From positions 1,984,001-2,048,000 of the forward strand of contig CAVTTL010000001.1 of the NCBI GenBank assembly GCA_963737635.1: a stretch of DNA of 64,000 bases. The letters are read 5' to 3'. The notes beneath the pieces are model-generated. The model was not told the DNA's origin, made no database searches, and saw only the letters and a list, made by a program, of their open reading frames with translations. The stretch comes from an uncultured Methanoregulaceae archaeon. Lineage in GTDB: Archaea > Halobacteriota > Methanomicrobia > Methanomicrobiales > Methanospirillaceae. The translations under genes and the position numbers were made by a program. Each line of letters starts with the position of its first letter. Position 1 is the stretch's first letter. Positions 51,104-60,836 of the stretch are shown in pieces.

Positions 51104-51559
51104 ATGCTAAACGGTGCCACGGTTTTCCTGCTGTTGAACCTGGTCTTAGCCTTCTATAATGTTGGGACGATCTGGGCAATGGAGATAGATATATTCAGGA
51201 CATGGAAACTCGTTGGTAAGAAAGAATTTCTTACCATACAGACCACCCACTGGCACAAACTTCCCTATTGGATTTTTACACCGGTAGCTCTCGCTCTTAT
51301 CGGGGGATTATTACTCACTTTCTTTCATCCTCCCGGTTCACCCGCGTGGGCAATATTCGGCAATATCGGTGCCCAACTGTTGTCTCTTCTCCTTACCGTA
51401 GTATTCTGGGGCAGGTGGCAGGTGGCATTAAGCAGGGACGAAGCCGGCCCGGAGAGCGTCTATCTCGACAAAATATTAAAAACGCACTGGATCAGGACGT
51501 TGTTAATCACGCTCTACGCTGTTATTCTGCTTGCGTGGGTACTCATCGTAGTATCATAA
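51104..51559 (+). CDS. Hypothetical 4-TM membrane protein (possibly DUF1772-like)
   Basis: Four hydrophobic segments, HWIRTLL near the C-terminus; family assignment is tentative. Confidence 0.65.
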   Translation: MLNGATVFLLLNLVLAFYNVGTIWAMEIDIFRTWKLVGKKEFLTIQTTHWHKLPYWIFTPVALALIGGLLLTFFHPPGSPAWAIFGNIGAQLLSLLLTVVFWGRWQVALSRDEAGPESVYLDKILKTHWIRTLLITLYAVILLAWVLIVVS

Positions 51560-51596
51560 GAATCCGGGAAAAGAGCATTCTGCCGGTAAAAAAAGG

Positions 51597-52502
51597 TTAT
51601 TTCTTCCGTGTACCGGTCTTCTTTGCATCAGCTTTTCCCGAGACGGGATACCCTTCCATATCAGTCACGGTCTTAAAAGCCGCCATGAGCTGCCGGGTAA
51701 TGGGGCCGGGCTTTCCTGTGCCAATGACCCTGCCGTCGACCCAGGTGATCGGTGCCACTTCTGCCGCTGTCCCAGTGCAGATAAGTTCGTCCGCGGTATA
51801 GAGATCGAAATACCCGAGGTTCTGCTCACGGAAGGTGATGCCGAGCGATTCGGCGATCTCGCGGACAACCATCCGGGTGATACCCCGGAGGTTGTTAAGC
51901 GTGAACGGAGTGAGGATCTCACCGTTCTTGATAATATACAGGTTGTCCCCGGAACCTTCTGCCACGTACCCGTTTGTATCAAAGAAGATCGCTTCGTCGC
52001 CACCCTTGTAGTTTGCCTCGATTTTTGCCAGGATGTTGTTGAGATAGTTGAGACTCTTTACATTGGGCGGGAGGGACTCGGCAGCATTGCGCCGGACCGA
52101 GACCGTGATGGCCTTGAGCCCCTTCTCGTACAGGTCGCCGTACATCGCACCCCACGTCACACAGATCACGATCACGGATGCTTTCTTGCACTTGCGGGGA
52201 TCGAGCCCGAGGTCGCCGATGCCCCGGGTGATGATCGGGCGTATGTAAGCGTCAGTCAGCTTGTTCCGTCGCATTGTCTCGCAGATCGCCTCGCTCATTT
52301 CCTCTTTAGTAATCGGCGGCGTGATATCGATCGTTTTTGCCGAATCGTAGAGACGGTCAAGGTGCTCTTTGAGCCGGAAGATCCTGCCGTTGTATGCGCG
52401 GATCCCTTCAAAGACACCGTCGCCGTATAACAGGCCGTGATCGAACACGGAGACCTTTGCCTGGTCCTCGGGCAGGTATTTCCCGTCAAGGTAAATGATC
52501 AT
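51597..52502 (-). CDS. ilvE: Branched-chain amino acid aminotransferase
   Basis: [41 protein letters not shown]. Confidence 0.96.
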   Translation of the reverse strand: MIIYLDGKYLPEDQAKVSVFDHGLLYGDGVFEGIRAYNGRIFRLKEHLDRLYDSAKTIDITPPITKEEMSEAICETMRRNKLTDAYIRPIITRGIGDLGLDPRKCKKASVIVICVTWGAMYGDLYEKGLKAITVSVRRNAAESLPPNVKSLNYLNNILAKIEANYKGGDEAIFFDTNGYVAEGSGDNLYIIKNGEILTPFTLNNLRGITRMVVREIAESLGITFREQNLGYFDLYTADELICTGTAAEVAPITWVDGRVIGTGKPGPITRQLMAAFKTVTDMEGYPVSGKADAKKTGTRKK

Positions 52503-52560
52503 ACTAGTAACACTCCGTCAAGATATACACTTTTTATCCCATTAAGGGCGCTAATTGATC

Positions 52561-52881
52561 ATGGTTTCTTCCAGTACAAAAAAGATACGAAGTGTCCCGC
52601 TTTATCTCTCGCTGATCGAAAAAGCCGGGCGCTCGCCACAAACTATCAGAACCTACCGGGATGCATTGCTCCATTTTTCCCGGTTCATGGATGTGCCGCT
52701 TGAAGAGCTGTACAAGCACCTGAGCGTTGAGAACCTCCTCGCTTATACCGATAGCGCAGCCCTGAAAGATGCCAGCCAGAACACTCGTCGCATGTGGTTA
52801 GCGATCATCCACAAGTACATGAGACTAAATGGCGTGGAATTTTCCGGATATACAATAATTCTGCAAATTGCTTATGCATAA
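52561..52881 (+). pseudogene. Truncated tyrosine recombinase (N-terminal SAM-like domain only)
   Basis: GRSPQTIRTYRDALLHFSRF..SQNTRRMWLAIIHKY; the frame runs into AT-rich DNA after GVEF with no catalytic domain. Confidence 0.7.
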
Positions 52882-52884
52882 GCA
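52869..52884. repeat. Perfect 16-bp palindrome TGCTTATGCATAAGCA
   Basis: Read directly; overlaps the stop codon of the integrase remnant. Confidence 0.85.
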
Positions 52885-53180
52885 TCAAAATTAAAAAATT
52901 TTGCATTGTCCGTAGGAGAATCGCAGATAATTCTCAAATATTTAGGATCAATTTGCAGTTTATCCATTTTTATCAATCATCGTGAATACTAAGTGAATCA
53001 GATTTGAGTATAATATAGTAGTTCCTTTTTAGAAGATTATCATTGTTCCGGATTCAGATCACCTAGAAAAATCCCTTAACCAACTCAATCTGTTTTTCAT
53101 CGTCGGCATCCGTTGTGTTCGCCCGCTCCGATACCCCATATGCACCCCTTCCTTCAGCGAGAACTTCGGATGCCACAGTA

Positions 53181-54053
53181 TTAAACCTGGACCTTGGCAG
53201 AAACAAGACGATAGAATTCGTATCCATGTATTTCAGAGCTGGGACGGCCTGCCCGCCGCCACACATCGGCAACGCTTACGTCATATATCAATTGCAGTTT
53301 CCTTTCAGCAAGGTATTGATCAATCTCATCGGTATACAAGCCAAAAGTCCATGGCTCACCGTATGAGTGAAGTCTGGACAATAGTTTTCCTCCGCCAAAG
53401 AAAAGGTCTGGTTCTTCGAGAATTTTACGATCAACGTACGTAAAAAGCAGGATACTCCCCTTAGCAACCTTTGCAATCTGCCGAAGTGTTCCATCGACTG
53501 CCTCCGGGGACAGATAATTCGTCACGCCTTCCCAGACAAAACAAGTAGGTTTCGTTTCATCAAAGCCAGCATTGATCAGAACATCAGTAACGGACTGTTT
53601 GTTACAATTAATATTGACGAATTGTACGTGGCTTGGAAGTGATCCGGTTTTCTTCAGCAAAATTTCTTGTTTGGCAGTAGATGTCTGGGGCTGGTCAAGT
53701 TCAAAAGTAATCACTCTCTGTGCGATAGGCAGGCGATACGCCCGGGTGTCGAAGCCGGCGCCGAGCAAAACAAGTTGTGTACAGGTTTCCAAAGATCGTA
53801 TGACCTCGTCATCGATCCACTTAGTACGGGCAATCCCCGCCGCTCTGGCACCTGGTGACTCTCGATCTAATAGTCGCTCCACTAATCGACGACCTGCATC
53901 ATACCGTGCAATCTTATAGATCCATTTACGCCAGCCTTGAAGGAACAATTCTGCAAATGGATCAGAGAACAATCGCGAGTTGTGAGACCGGGCTGATTCG
54001 ATGGCGCGAAATAGTGCCATGTATTCTGCTGTAAGGCTGGCCTGATTTCTCAT
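53181..54053 (-). CDS. SAM-dependent methyltransferase, LCM/YktD-like
   Basis: TAEYMALFRAIES, DPFA, ARTKWID, QLVLLGAGFDTRAYRL, FELDQP, WEGVTNYL. Confidence 0.9.
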   Translation of the reverse strand: MRNQASLTAEYMALFRAIESARSHNSRLFSDPFAELFLQGWRKWIYKIARYDAGRRLVERLLDRESPGARAAGIARTKWIDDEVIRSLETCTQLVLLGAGFDTRAYRLPIAQRVITFELDQPQTSTAKQEILLKKTGSLPSHVQFVNINCNKQSVTDVLINAGFDETKPTCFVWEGVTNYLSPEAVDGTLRQIAKVAKGSILLFTYVDRKILEEPDLFFGGGKLLSRLHSYGEPWTFGLYTDEIDQYLAERKLQLIYDVSVADVWRRAGRPSSEIHGYEFYRLVSAKVQV

Positions 54054-54201
54054 TGACTAAACTCATTTGATTATATGTTTTGAGGATTTTGATAATTTGC
54101 TGGTGCTGGTGCGTTGTCGGTGTATTAGATAATTTTAACGAAGTGAAATACCCTATGGTAATCGAAGACGCAATTGAATCAGGATCGCCATCCCGTAATT
54201 C

Positions 54202-54999
54202 CTATTCTCCCTGTTGTGCCTCAAGTTCCTTGATACTGACTGCCGGGTTCCGGTACCGCGGTCGTGTTGCAGTATCTGGGCCGCCTTGAATCGCTCTCAC
54301 CGGGCAGATATGGATGCATCCAACACAGAGCTCGCAGTGATGTTTCCAGACCGGCTTGCCATCGACGAGCTCGATATTCTCTACCGGGCAGATAGCTGCA
54401 CATGTCCCGCATGATGTACATTTCTCATTCACCGAGAATTTCCGGTCGTCATCATGGATGTGTGACATAGTCCGGTCGTATGCCAATCTGTGTAGTAATT
54501 GCATAATAGGATTATACGGCAATTTCCGGTGCTCACAACGACCAATCATCCCCGCGATATCGGTGAGTTTTTTATCGGCGTTCGTCAGAACCTGCTCCCT
54601 TTTCACACCTTCGGGTGAACGGTAAAACAGGATGTAATTACCAGGCATATTTACGATAAATCCTGCATCCAGCCCGTGGTTCTGCCGCTTCTTAAGAATG
54701 CTGTCGAGCTGCTGCATTGATGACGATCCACCAAGACGATTTTGTGTAGCAATCGAGAATGTGTACTGCGAATGCGAGATATCAAGACGTCCGGCAAACA
54801 AGGCCACAATTGAAGGTAGACCCAGAAAATAAACGGGATAAACAATGCCAACCCTGCCTGCCTGCGGAGTTATTCTCCCGGTAGTATTCCTAAGCGATGC
54901 AATTGATACCAGCTCGCAGTCCTCAAGACCGGCGGCGATCTTTTTTGCTGCTGCAAGCGAATTGCCGGTACCGGTGAAATAATAGATAATCGTCTTCAA
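54202..54999 (-). CDS. EFR1 family ferredoxin (flavodoxin-like domain plus 2x[4Fe-4S])
   Basis: YYFTGTGNSL, MPGNY, CTSCGTCAAICP, CELCVGCIHICP. Confidence 0.9.
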   Translation of the reverse strand: MKTIIYYFTGTGNSLAAAKKIAAGLEDCELVSIASLRNTTGRITPQAGRVGIVYPVYFLGLPSIVALFAGRLDISHSQYTFSIATQNRLGGSSSMQQLDSILKKRQNHGLDAGFIVNMPGNYILFYRSPEGVKREQVLTNADKKLTDIAGMIGRCEHRKLPYNPIMQLLHRLAYDRTMSHIHDDDRKFSVNEKCTSCGTCAAICPVENIELVDGKPVWKHHCELCVGCIHICPVRAIQGGPDTATRPRYRNPAVSIKELEAQQGE

Positions 55000-55066
55000 G
55001 ATTTCACACCTTTCGGTTCAATCTCTCTAAATTGCGATGGAGAACCGGAATCCCGGTTCCCGATCG

Positions 55067-55546
55067 TCACAACTCCGTTTTCCATTCATCCAATTCCGAC
55101 TTAAATTCTTGCAGCATTTTCCTTAAGTCTTTGTTGAATCGGATGAGGACCTCAAGGTCCTTGTCGCTGTATGCGTCCACCATCACGCTTCTCCGGGCGT
55201 ACGCGCCCCGCATCCGCTCGAAGGCTCTTTTCGTCTCCTCGTTCATTACCAATTCGACCTTTCTGACTCTCCGGTCATTCGGATCGTTCACCCGCCGTGC
55301 ATAACCTGCCTTTTCCAATTTGTCCACAACTGCCGTGATGGTGCCGGTCGTGAGGCCGGTCATTTCCGCAAGCCTTCCAGCGGGTAACGGCCCGAGCCGC
55401 CCGAGCAGGCCAATACACCTGAACTCGGTCAGGCTCAAGCCAAGAATATCCGCCATCGCATCGTCCACAACAATGATCTCTCCGGTCGATTCACGAATAG
55501 CATCGAATAGGGTGGCCGTCAACTGCGCCCTTTTGTCACTTTTCAT
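55067..55546 (-). CDS. MarR family transcriptional regulator
   Basis: LAEMTGLTTGTITAVVDKLEKAGYARRVNDPNDRR; likely start MKSDKR at 55546. Confidence 0.92.
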   Translation of the reverse strand: MKSDKRAQLTATLFDAIRESTGEIIVVDDAMADILGLSLTEFRCIGLLGRLGPLPAGRLAEMTGLTTGTITAVVDKLEKAGYARRVNDPNDRRVRKVELVMNEETKRAFERMRGAYARRSVMVDAYSDKDLEVLIRFNKDLRKMLQEFKSELDEWKTEL

Positions 55547-55571
55547 GGGGTAAAACAATATAATTTGGTAT

Positions 55572-55600
55572 TTAAATATCTTGCCTAGTGAGGATAATTT
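55572..55600 (-). promoter_or_regulatory. Putative MarR operator abutting the TATA box of marR
   Basis: ttaaaTATCTTGcctagtGAGGATAattt, a near copy of the 57213-57240 site. Confidence 0.6.
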
Positions 55601-55608
55601 CCGGCGGC

Positions 55609-55890
55609 TCAGGGATAGATTATTGTTATTGCTGATATTAGTCCAAGGCACATCCCAACCAGAGTGGACACGATGAGGGGCCAATTCCTCTTTTCAAGGA
55701 AGAACGCGTACGGCAACCAGACACTGCAATTGAGTACAGTGAACACAGGTATCAGCAACGATCCGGGTTGGCCTGAAAGATTGAGGCGTATCTGGTCCAC
55801 GTATGAGAAATAGGTCAGCATAGCCGTGACTGTTGCTATCCATCCAATCATGCCGACCGTTTTCTGGTTTATTCCATTGAAGAGGCGCAT
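55609..55890 (-). CDS. SemiSWEET family transporter
   Basis: 93 aa, 3 TM; IGWIAT..YFSYVDQI..G..NCSVWLPYA..RNWPLI. Confidence 0.8.
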   Translation of the reverse strand: MRLFNGINQKTVGMIGWIATVTAMLTYFSYVDQIRLNLSGQPGSLLIPVFTVLNCSVWLPYAFFLEKRNWPLIVSTLVGMCLGLISAITIIYP

Positions 55891-55911
55891 AAAAATTTCG
55901 GGAGCTGAAAG

Positions 55912-57189
55912 TTAAGACTTCCAGCCGAGTACATCATCGAGCCAATCAAACTCTATCTGGTTTTTCAACAGCAGGTTGTTAATCATGCTGTGTCCTTCTC
56001 CTCCCTCAGAGGTTGTTCCAAACTTCACTTGGCTCTTCGGGTGGTTCATGAACTTCTTCCACTGGATTTTCTCCTTTTCCATTTTCGCGGGATTGAACTC
56101 ACTTTCTCCGGCAATAATAAGCAATGGGCAAGTTACGTCCTTTTCGAGTCCTGTTAGCTTAAACTTACTCATGCCGTCCAAAAACTCCGCTATAGTAGCG
56201 TTGGCATATCCACACCTCATGCGGACATCGCTTTCAGCGAGCGTCCTCACAGCAGTGTTTGACATGTCGAGATGTGATTCCAGATCGCGCGGATATGGCT
56301 TTGTCGGATCCAAACCTATCACTTCCATGAAACCCGCCTGAATATCGTAGAAGAGCGGGAGTGCTACTACCGCTGCCAAACGCTTCTCGAAAGCAGCAGC
56401 CCGGGGCGCAAAATATCCGCCGAAACTGGCGCCGATCAACACGATTTTCTTTGGATCCACCTCAGGACGGCTCAAAGCATAATCCACGACATGGCTAATC
56501 GGGACTTCAGCATCATGGCGGAAGAACAGATCGGGATAGTCATAGAACATCGCCTTTTGTCCGGGAATTTCGAACATGAGCACATTGTAACCCCGCCTCT
56601 GCGCGCCCACCGGAACCACACCATAGAGTTCCTCGAGCGCGCTATCGCCGCCTCCGAGCACAAGAACCGTTGGTCTCTTCTCGCCTTTAGGGCCGCCGGG
56701 AATGAAATACCCTGGCATCGTCCTGCCATTTTCGTAGGGGATGTTTACAATTTCAATTTGAGGATCGAAAAGCTTAGCAGCCTCACGGAAACATGCCCGC
56801 TCTTTCTCGTAATTTGAGCGAAGGCGCGGATCAGTGAATCTGGCGTAATTCGTCGTGGCACCCCAGTAGGTTGTGGCGCGCAAAAACGCATCGCGGGCGC
56901 TCACCTTATGTCCTTTCCTGAGGCAATCCCTCCCAATCGTCTCAACCCGCTTCGCAGTCACCTCCCACGCATCTGAAAAGCTTTGGAAATCTCCATCGAC
57001 AATCCGGCTCGCCGTTTCGTAGCATTCTCCCACTGCCGATCCGCCATAATTGCCCCTCCCCATTACTCGAGTGAAGTAGGCGTCGAAATAGGTCTTGAAC
57101 CTATTCGCCTGGCCTGCCGTGTGGCGAAACATTACTTCCTGTTTTTCTTCCTTGACGGTTATTTTCGCATTCATTTTTCCGTTTTTCAT
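55912..57189 (-). CDS. Alpha/beta hydrolase (FrsA / 2,6-dihydropseudooxynicotine hydrolase-like)
   Basis: IPYE..MPGYF, GGDS..EE, PGQ, GASFGGY nucleophile elbow, GEGH, FDWLD. Confidence 0.88.
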   Translation of the reverse strand: MKNGKMNAKITVKEEKQEVMFRHTAGQANRFKTYFDAYFTRVMGRGNYGGSAVGECYETASRIVDGDFQSFSDAWEVTAKRVETIGRDCLRKGHKVSARDAFLRATTYWGATTNYARFTDPRLRSNYEKERACFREAAKLFDPQIEIVNIPYENGRTMPGYFIPGGPKGEKRPTVLVLGGGDSALEELYGVVPVGAQRRGYNVLMFEIPGQKAMFYDYPDLFFRHDAEVPISHVVDYALSRPEVDPKKIVLIGASFGGYFAPRAAAFEKRLAAVVALPLFYDIQAGFMEVIGLDPTKPYPRDLESHLDMSNTAVRTLAESDVRMRCGYANATIAEFLDGMSKFKLTGLEKDVTCPLLIIAGESEFNPAKMEKEKIQWKKFMNHPKSQVKFGTTSEGGEGHSMINNLLLKNQIEFDWLDDVLGWKS

Positions 57190-57212
57190 GAATATGCCAT
57201 ATGATTTGGAGA

Positions 57213-57240
57213 TTAAATATCTTGTCTATCAAGATAATTT
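57213..57240 (-). promoter_or_regulatory. Putative MarR operator TATCTTG-N5-CAAGATA abutting the TATA box of the hydrolase gene
   Basis: Perfect 7-bp inverted repeat at 57218-57236. Confidence 0.65.
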
Positions 57241-57525
57241 GAGATTACATAACATACACCCGGAATCAGTTTGAGAGCCTGAAGCGGGATTCACGTACTG
57301 CATTTTTAGATTTCAGTACTGAATGAATTGTAGACCATTCATTCTCACTAATATCCTTGATTTTAATTATTATATAGTATTTTTTTAGCTGAATAAAATA
57401 GGAATAACTTGACTGTACGTTATTGTTAAATGATCATAGCATGTGATGGGTTTTGGTGGTTTTGTAGTTTTTTCTTTGGTACGATTCTTGTTTTGATCCT
57501 TTTTGGGCGGGCCGCTCAAGCGAGC

Positions 57526-57551
57526 AAAACATTCGATGCATCGAATGTTTT
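57526..57551. repeat. Perfect 26-bp palindrome AAAACATTCGATGCATCGAATGTTTT
   Basis: Read directly; 5 nt upstream of the TATA-like TTTATAGA of the methyltransferase gene. Confidence 0.9.
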
Positions 57552-57585
57552 CGGTATTTATAGACAGGCATCATATCGCACCTAT

Positions 57586-58371
57586 ATGAGGAAACCGGCC
57601 CGGAATGCATCACTGACAGACTCAGTTGACGATATGACCGAACGGCTGTTGATTGATGCCGGCATAGGTCCTGGAATGCGTGTCCTTGACGTTGGCTGTG
57701 GCAGCGGCGACGTCTCGCTTCTGCTCGCAAAACTGGTTGGCGACACCGGCCACGTCGTTGGCATCGATCGGGATGAACCGTCGCTTGAAAGAGTACGGGA
57801 ACGGGTGCGCGAGCTCAATCTCCCGAACCTCACCTTCGTACAAAGCGATATTTGTGCACTATCACCTGAACTGGGCCCATTCGATGCTGCCGTTGGCAGG
57901 CGCGTTATCATGTATCTGCCCGAGCCGGTTGATGCCATCCGGAAAATAGCCGCAACACTGCACCCTGGAGGTGTCGTCGCCTTTCTGGAACACGATGCAA
58001 CAATGGTGCCAGGCCGGTTGAAGCCTCTGCCACTTCAGGAAAGAGTAAACCGCTGGATCCAGCAGACAGTCGAGCGTGAGGGTGCCAACATTCACATAGG
58101 CTTTGACCTTCCATTCATCCTCAAGCAGGCGGGGCTCACGGTAGAACATATTCGTGCCGAAGCGATCATTCAGACGCCACAAACCCATTACCCAACCGTG
58201 TATATCATCCGCGCCATGCTTTCCCGGATCGTCCAGAAGGGTGTTGCTACGGAAGAGGAAATCGACTTGGACACGCTCGAACAGCGCCTTTTTGACGAGC
58301 GGGCACAAGCCAGTTCAATCTACGTGAGTGATATGGTCTTTACTGTATGGGCACGCAAGCCCGGGCAATAG
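57586..58371 (+). CDS. Class I SAM-dependent methyltransferase
   Basis: GMRVLDVGCGSGDV, VVGIDRD, FDAAVGR, LHPGG; likely start MRKPAR at 57586 rather than 57430. Confidence 0.9.
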   Translation: MRKPARNASLTDSVDDMTERLLIDAGIGPGMRVLDVGCGSGDVSLLLAKLVGDTGHVVGIDRDEPSLERVRERVRELNLPNLTFVQSDICALSPELGPFDAAVGRRVIMYLPEPVDAIRKIAATLHPGGVVAFLEHDATMVPGRLKPLPLQERVNRWIQQTVEREGANIHIGFDLPFILKQAGLTVEHIRAEAIIQTPQTHYPTVYIIRAMLSRIVQKGVATEEEIDLDTLEQRLFDERAQASSIYVSDMVFTVWARKPGQ

Positions 58372-58390
58372 ACCGAGATAAAAAGGAATG

Positions 58391-59764
58391 TCACGGCTGC
58401 TTCCTGCACCGGTCTGCGAAGGTCCGGAACATATCCCGGCTCCCCACCGGGTGAAGGTGCGTATAGCTCCCGAGGGTATTGTTGACCACTGCCCCATCAA
58501 GCGTATCCTGAATCCCGAACCCCCGCGAGAGCCGGTACGCATACGTGGTCGACGGAATCGAGCTCAACGCCGGAGTAATGGAACTCGTGGCCCCGGAACC
58601 GTGAAGCACCCATCGGACAGTCCTTTGCGCTTGTCCCCTCTACGTAGCTCACCACACGCCGGGCCGGCATCACGGTCTCCCCCTTGAAAACGCCGCACAT
58701 CGCGCCGGAAAGTTCGGTCTCCCGGCCCTGCCACCCTTTCCTCAGCACCATCCGGTCGGTCAGGTACATCAGGCCGCCGCACTCCGCATAGAACGGCGTA
58801 CCATTTCGTGAAACCTCACGGACCGCTTCCCGCATCCGGTCGTTTGCTTCCAGTTCCGGCACGAAGAGTTCCGGGTAACCGCCACCGATAATATAGCCAT
58901 CGGCCTCTGGCAGCCGGTCGTGAATGGGACTGAACTGCACAACAGATGCCCCAAGCGAGGGAAGAACCTCGAAGAGATCTGCATAGTAGAAATTGAATGC
59001 TTCATCATATGCGACGCCGACGCGTACGTCCTGCTCCGGGGCGGGACTAAACATGTCCTTGCAGGAGGACGGGATCTCCTTTGCCAGCGCAAGGAGGCGG
59101 TCGAGATCCACATAGTTGCCGATGATCTCGGTGATCGTCCGGATCCGGTCGTCAAAATCGCCGCTGCCTGTACCTTCGCGGTATGGTACAAGGCCGAGGT
59201 GGCGCATGGCAGAGCTGCATCTCCTCCATCCGGGGAATTGCGCCTATAACCGGGACGCCGCAGTAATACTCGATCGCCCTTGCCGCCTTGTCCCGGTGCG
59301 ACCCTCCCTTGACCTGGTTGAGGATGACACCGGCAATCCTGATCTTCCGGATCGAAGGCCTGGAACCCTTTCACGATCGCGGCTGCGCTCCGGGTGATAC
59401 TCTGCGCAGAGACCACTAAAACCACCGGCAGGTCGAGGATCTTTGCGATTGCTGCGGTACTACCGGTATCATCTAATGCCTCAGCGCCTTCGTACAGCCC
59501 CCGCACTCCTTCGACGAGTGCAATATCGGCTCCCTTTGAACCATGCGAGAAGATGCTGCGGATCTGTCCTTCACTCAGGACGAAGTTGTCGAGGTTCCGG
59601 CACGGCCTTCCCGAGACTGCGGCAAGGTACGAGGGATCGATGTAGTCCATCCCCACCTTGAAGGTCTGGACGGTCCCCCGTTTTTTTAAGAGGGCGGCAA
59701 GGGCAAGGGTGATGCTCGTCTTCCCGCTGCCGGAACGATCGCCGGTGATCAAGATCGACTTCAT
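58391..59764 (-). CDS. cfbB: Ni-sirohydrochlorin a,c-diamide synthase; frameshifts near 59346, 59212 and 58555
   Basis: GDRSGSGKT, KVGMDYIDP, VEGVRGLYEG, AFNFYY, GGGYPE, AECGGLMYL, GHEFHYS, GSYTHLH; within the cfb cluster. Confidence 0.92.
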
Positions 59765-60834
59765 TGCACAATGCTCCTGAGCACCGCACCGAACTCGCTC
59801 TCCACTATCTCGCGCACCCCAAGTGTCCGGGGATGAAGGTCGATCTCGACCAGTACATGCTCATGGCCGATCGCGTGGAGCGGCGCAACCTGCCGGGGGC
59901 CGTTCGTCACCGAGAAGCACTCGATGCCGTTTGTATATTCCGGCGGGATAGCGTGCGGGACACCGACGATAAAGGCAAACGATGGCCCGATCTCCCGGAT
60001 CCGGGCGCCAAGAGCATCCCCGTTTGCCCCGTACTCGTCCAGTGCCCCGATCACTTCCAGCGGCACACCGCGTTTTGTCATCTCGTCCCGTATCCTCTGC
60101 GCATCGGCCCGGACTTTGGGAAGCCCCCGGTTGTCGAGGTTAGCGATATACGTGATATCTGCTCCGGGGCAGGCATCATGGATGGCGATCAGTTCGTCAG
60201 CGAACATATAGGCCGTCTCTTTTTTGGCGTTGAGGACCGCGACCCCCTTTGCCCCGCTCTGTGCACATGCCATAAGACGCTGTGCAGCGAGATGCTTTAA
60301 GTCACCGCGTGAGGGTTCGATGTACTCCTGCGAGGCGGCCCCCCGGAGTTTCTCGACCTCGTTTGCCTTTTCCATGAGCCGGTGCTGGCGGGCAAGTTCC
60401 TCCTCGCTGATCCAGCCGGCCTGAGTCGCTGCATCCAGCGTCGCAAGCACCCCGGCAATGTTCTCCGTAAAACCGGCATGGATGTCAACCGCAATGGTCG
60501 GGGCCGTGATCCCGGCGCTGTCGACGGCAGCCGCCAGGTCCTCACCAATGATCATCGAGACACAGGTCCCGATTACCGCCATCCGTTTGGGGGCAAACTG
60601 GTCCTCTGCATACCGCAGCACACTCTCGAGCGGTTTCTGGCCGCCGAAGACGAACTCGTTGTCTGCAAGCGCTGTGGTGAGCACCCGCATACCATCCTCC
60701 TCGAGAAGCCGGGCATGCTTGAACGAGCACCCTGACGGGCCGTGCAGGATCGCGACATCCACTTCGAGATCCCGTGCCGTATAGAGTGCTGCCACAATCG
60801 AGCTCGGGCGGGGATGCATGAATCGTGTCGGCAT
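59761..60834 (-). CDS. cfbD: Ni-sirohydrochlorin a,c-diamide reductive cyclase, catalytic subunit
   Basis: MHPRPSSIVAALYT, HGPSGC, GTCVSMIIGED, NAKKET, TNGPRQ, EIDLHP. Confidence 0.95.
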   Translation of the reverse strand: MPTRFMHPRPSSIVAALYTARDLEVDVAILHGPSGCSFKHARLLEEDGMRVLTTALADNEFVFGGQKPLESVLRYAEDQFAPKRMAVIGTCVSMIIGEDLAAAVDSAGITAPTIAVDIHAGFTENIAGVLATLDAATQAGWISEEELARQHRLMEKANEVEKLRGAASQEYIEPSRGDLKHLAAQRLMACAQSGAKGVAVLNAKKETAYMFADELIAIHDACPGADITYIANLDNRGLPKVRADAQRIRDEMTKRGVPLEVIGALDEYGANGDALGARIREIGPSFAFIVGVPHAIPPEYTNGIECFSVTNGPRQVAPLHAIGHEHVLVEIDLHPRTLGVREIVESEFGAVLRSIVQ

Positions 60835-60836
60835 AA

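Larger units (their letters stand above)
52555..58380. mobile_element. Degenerate accessory islet between ilvE and cfbB (integrase remnant plus cargo genes)
   Basis: Integrase fragment at the left edge, visibly AT-richer spacers, non-core cargo flanked by housekeeping genes; no att repeats found. Confidence 0.5.

Noticed and set aside
53063-53272. 69-aa ORF overlapping the methyltransferase 3' end
   Set aside because: The last ~38 codons look protein-like and could be a gene remnant, but I cannot assign a family or a start.
4935-59764. Widespread pseudogenisation (thermosome, cdhE, psmB, aCPSF1, cfbB and others split across frames)
   Set aside because: All breaks are 1-2 nt indels with no in-frame nonsense decay, in core genes with intact motifs; consensus error is far more parsimonious. 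Programmed frameshifting is also unsupported because there is no consistent slippery site.
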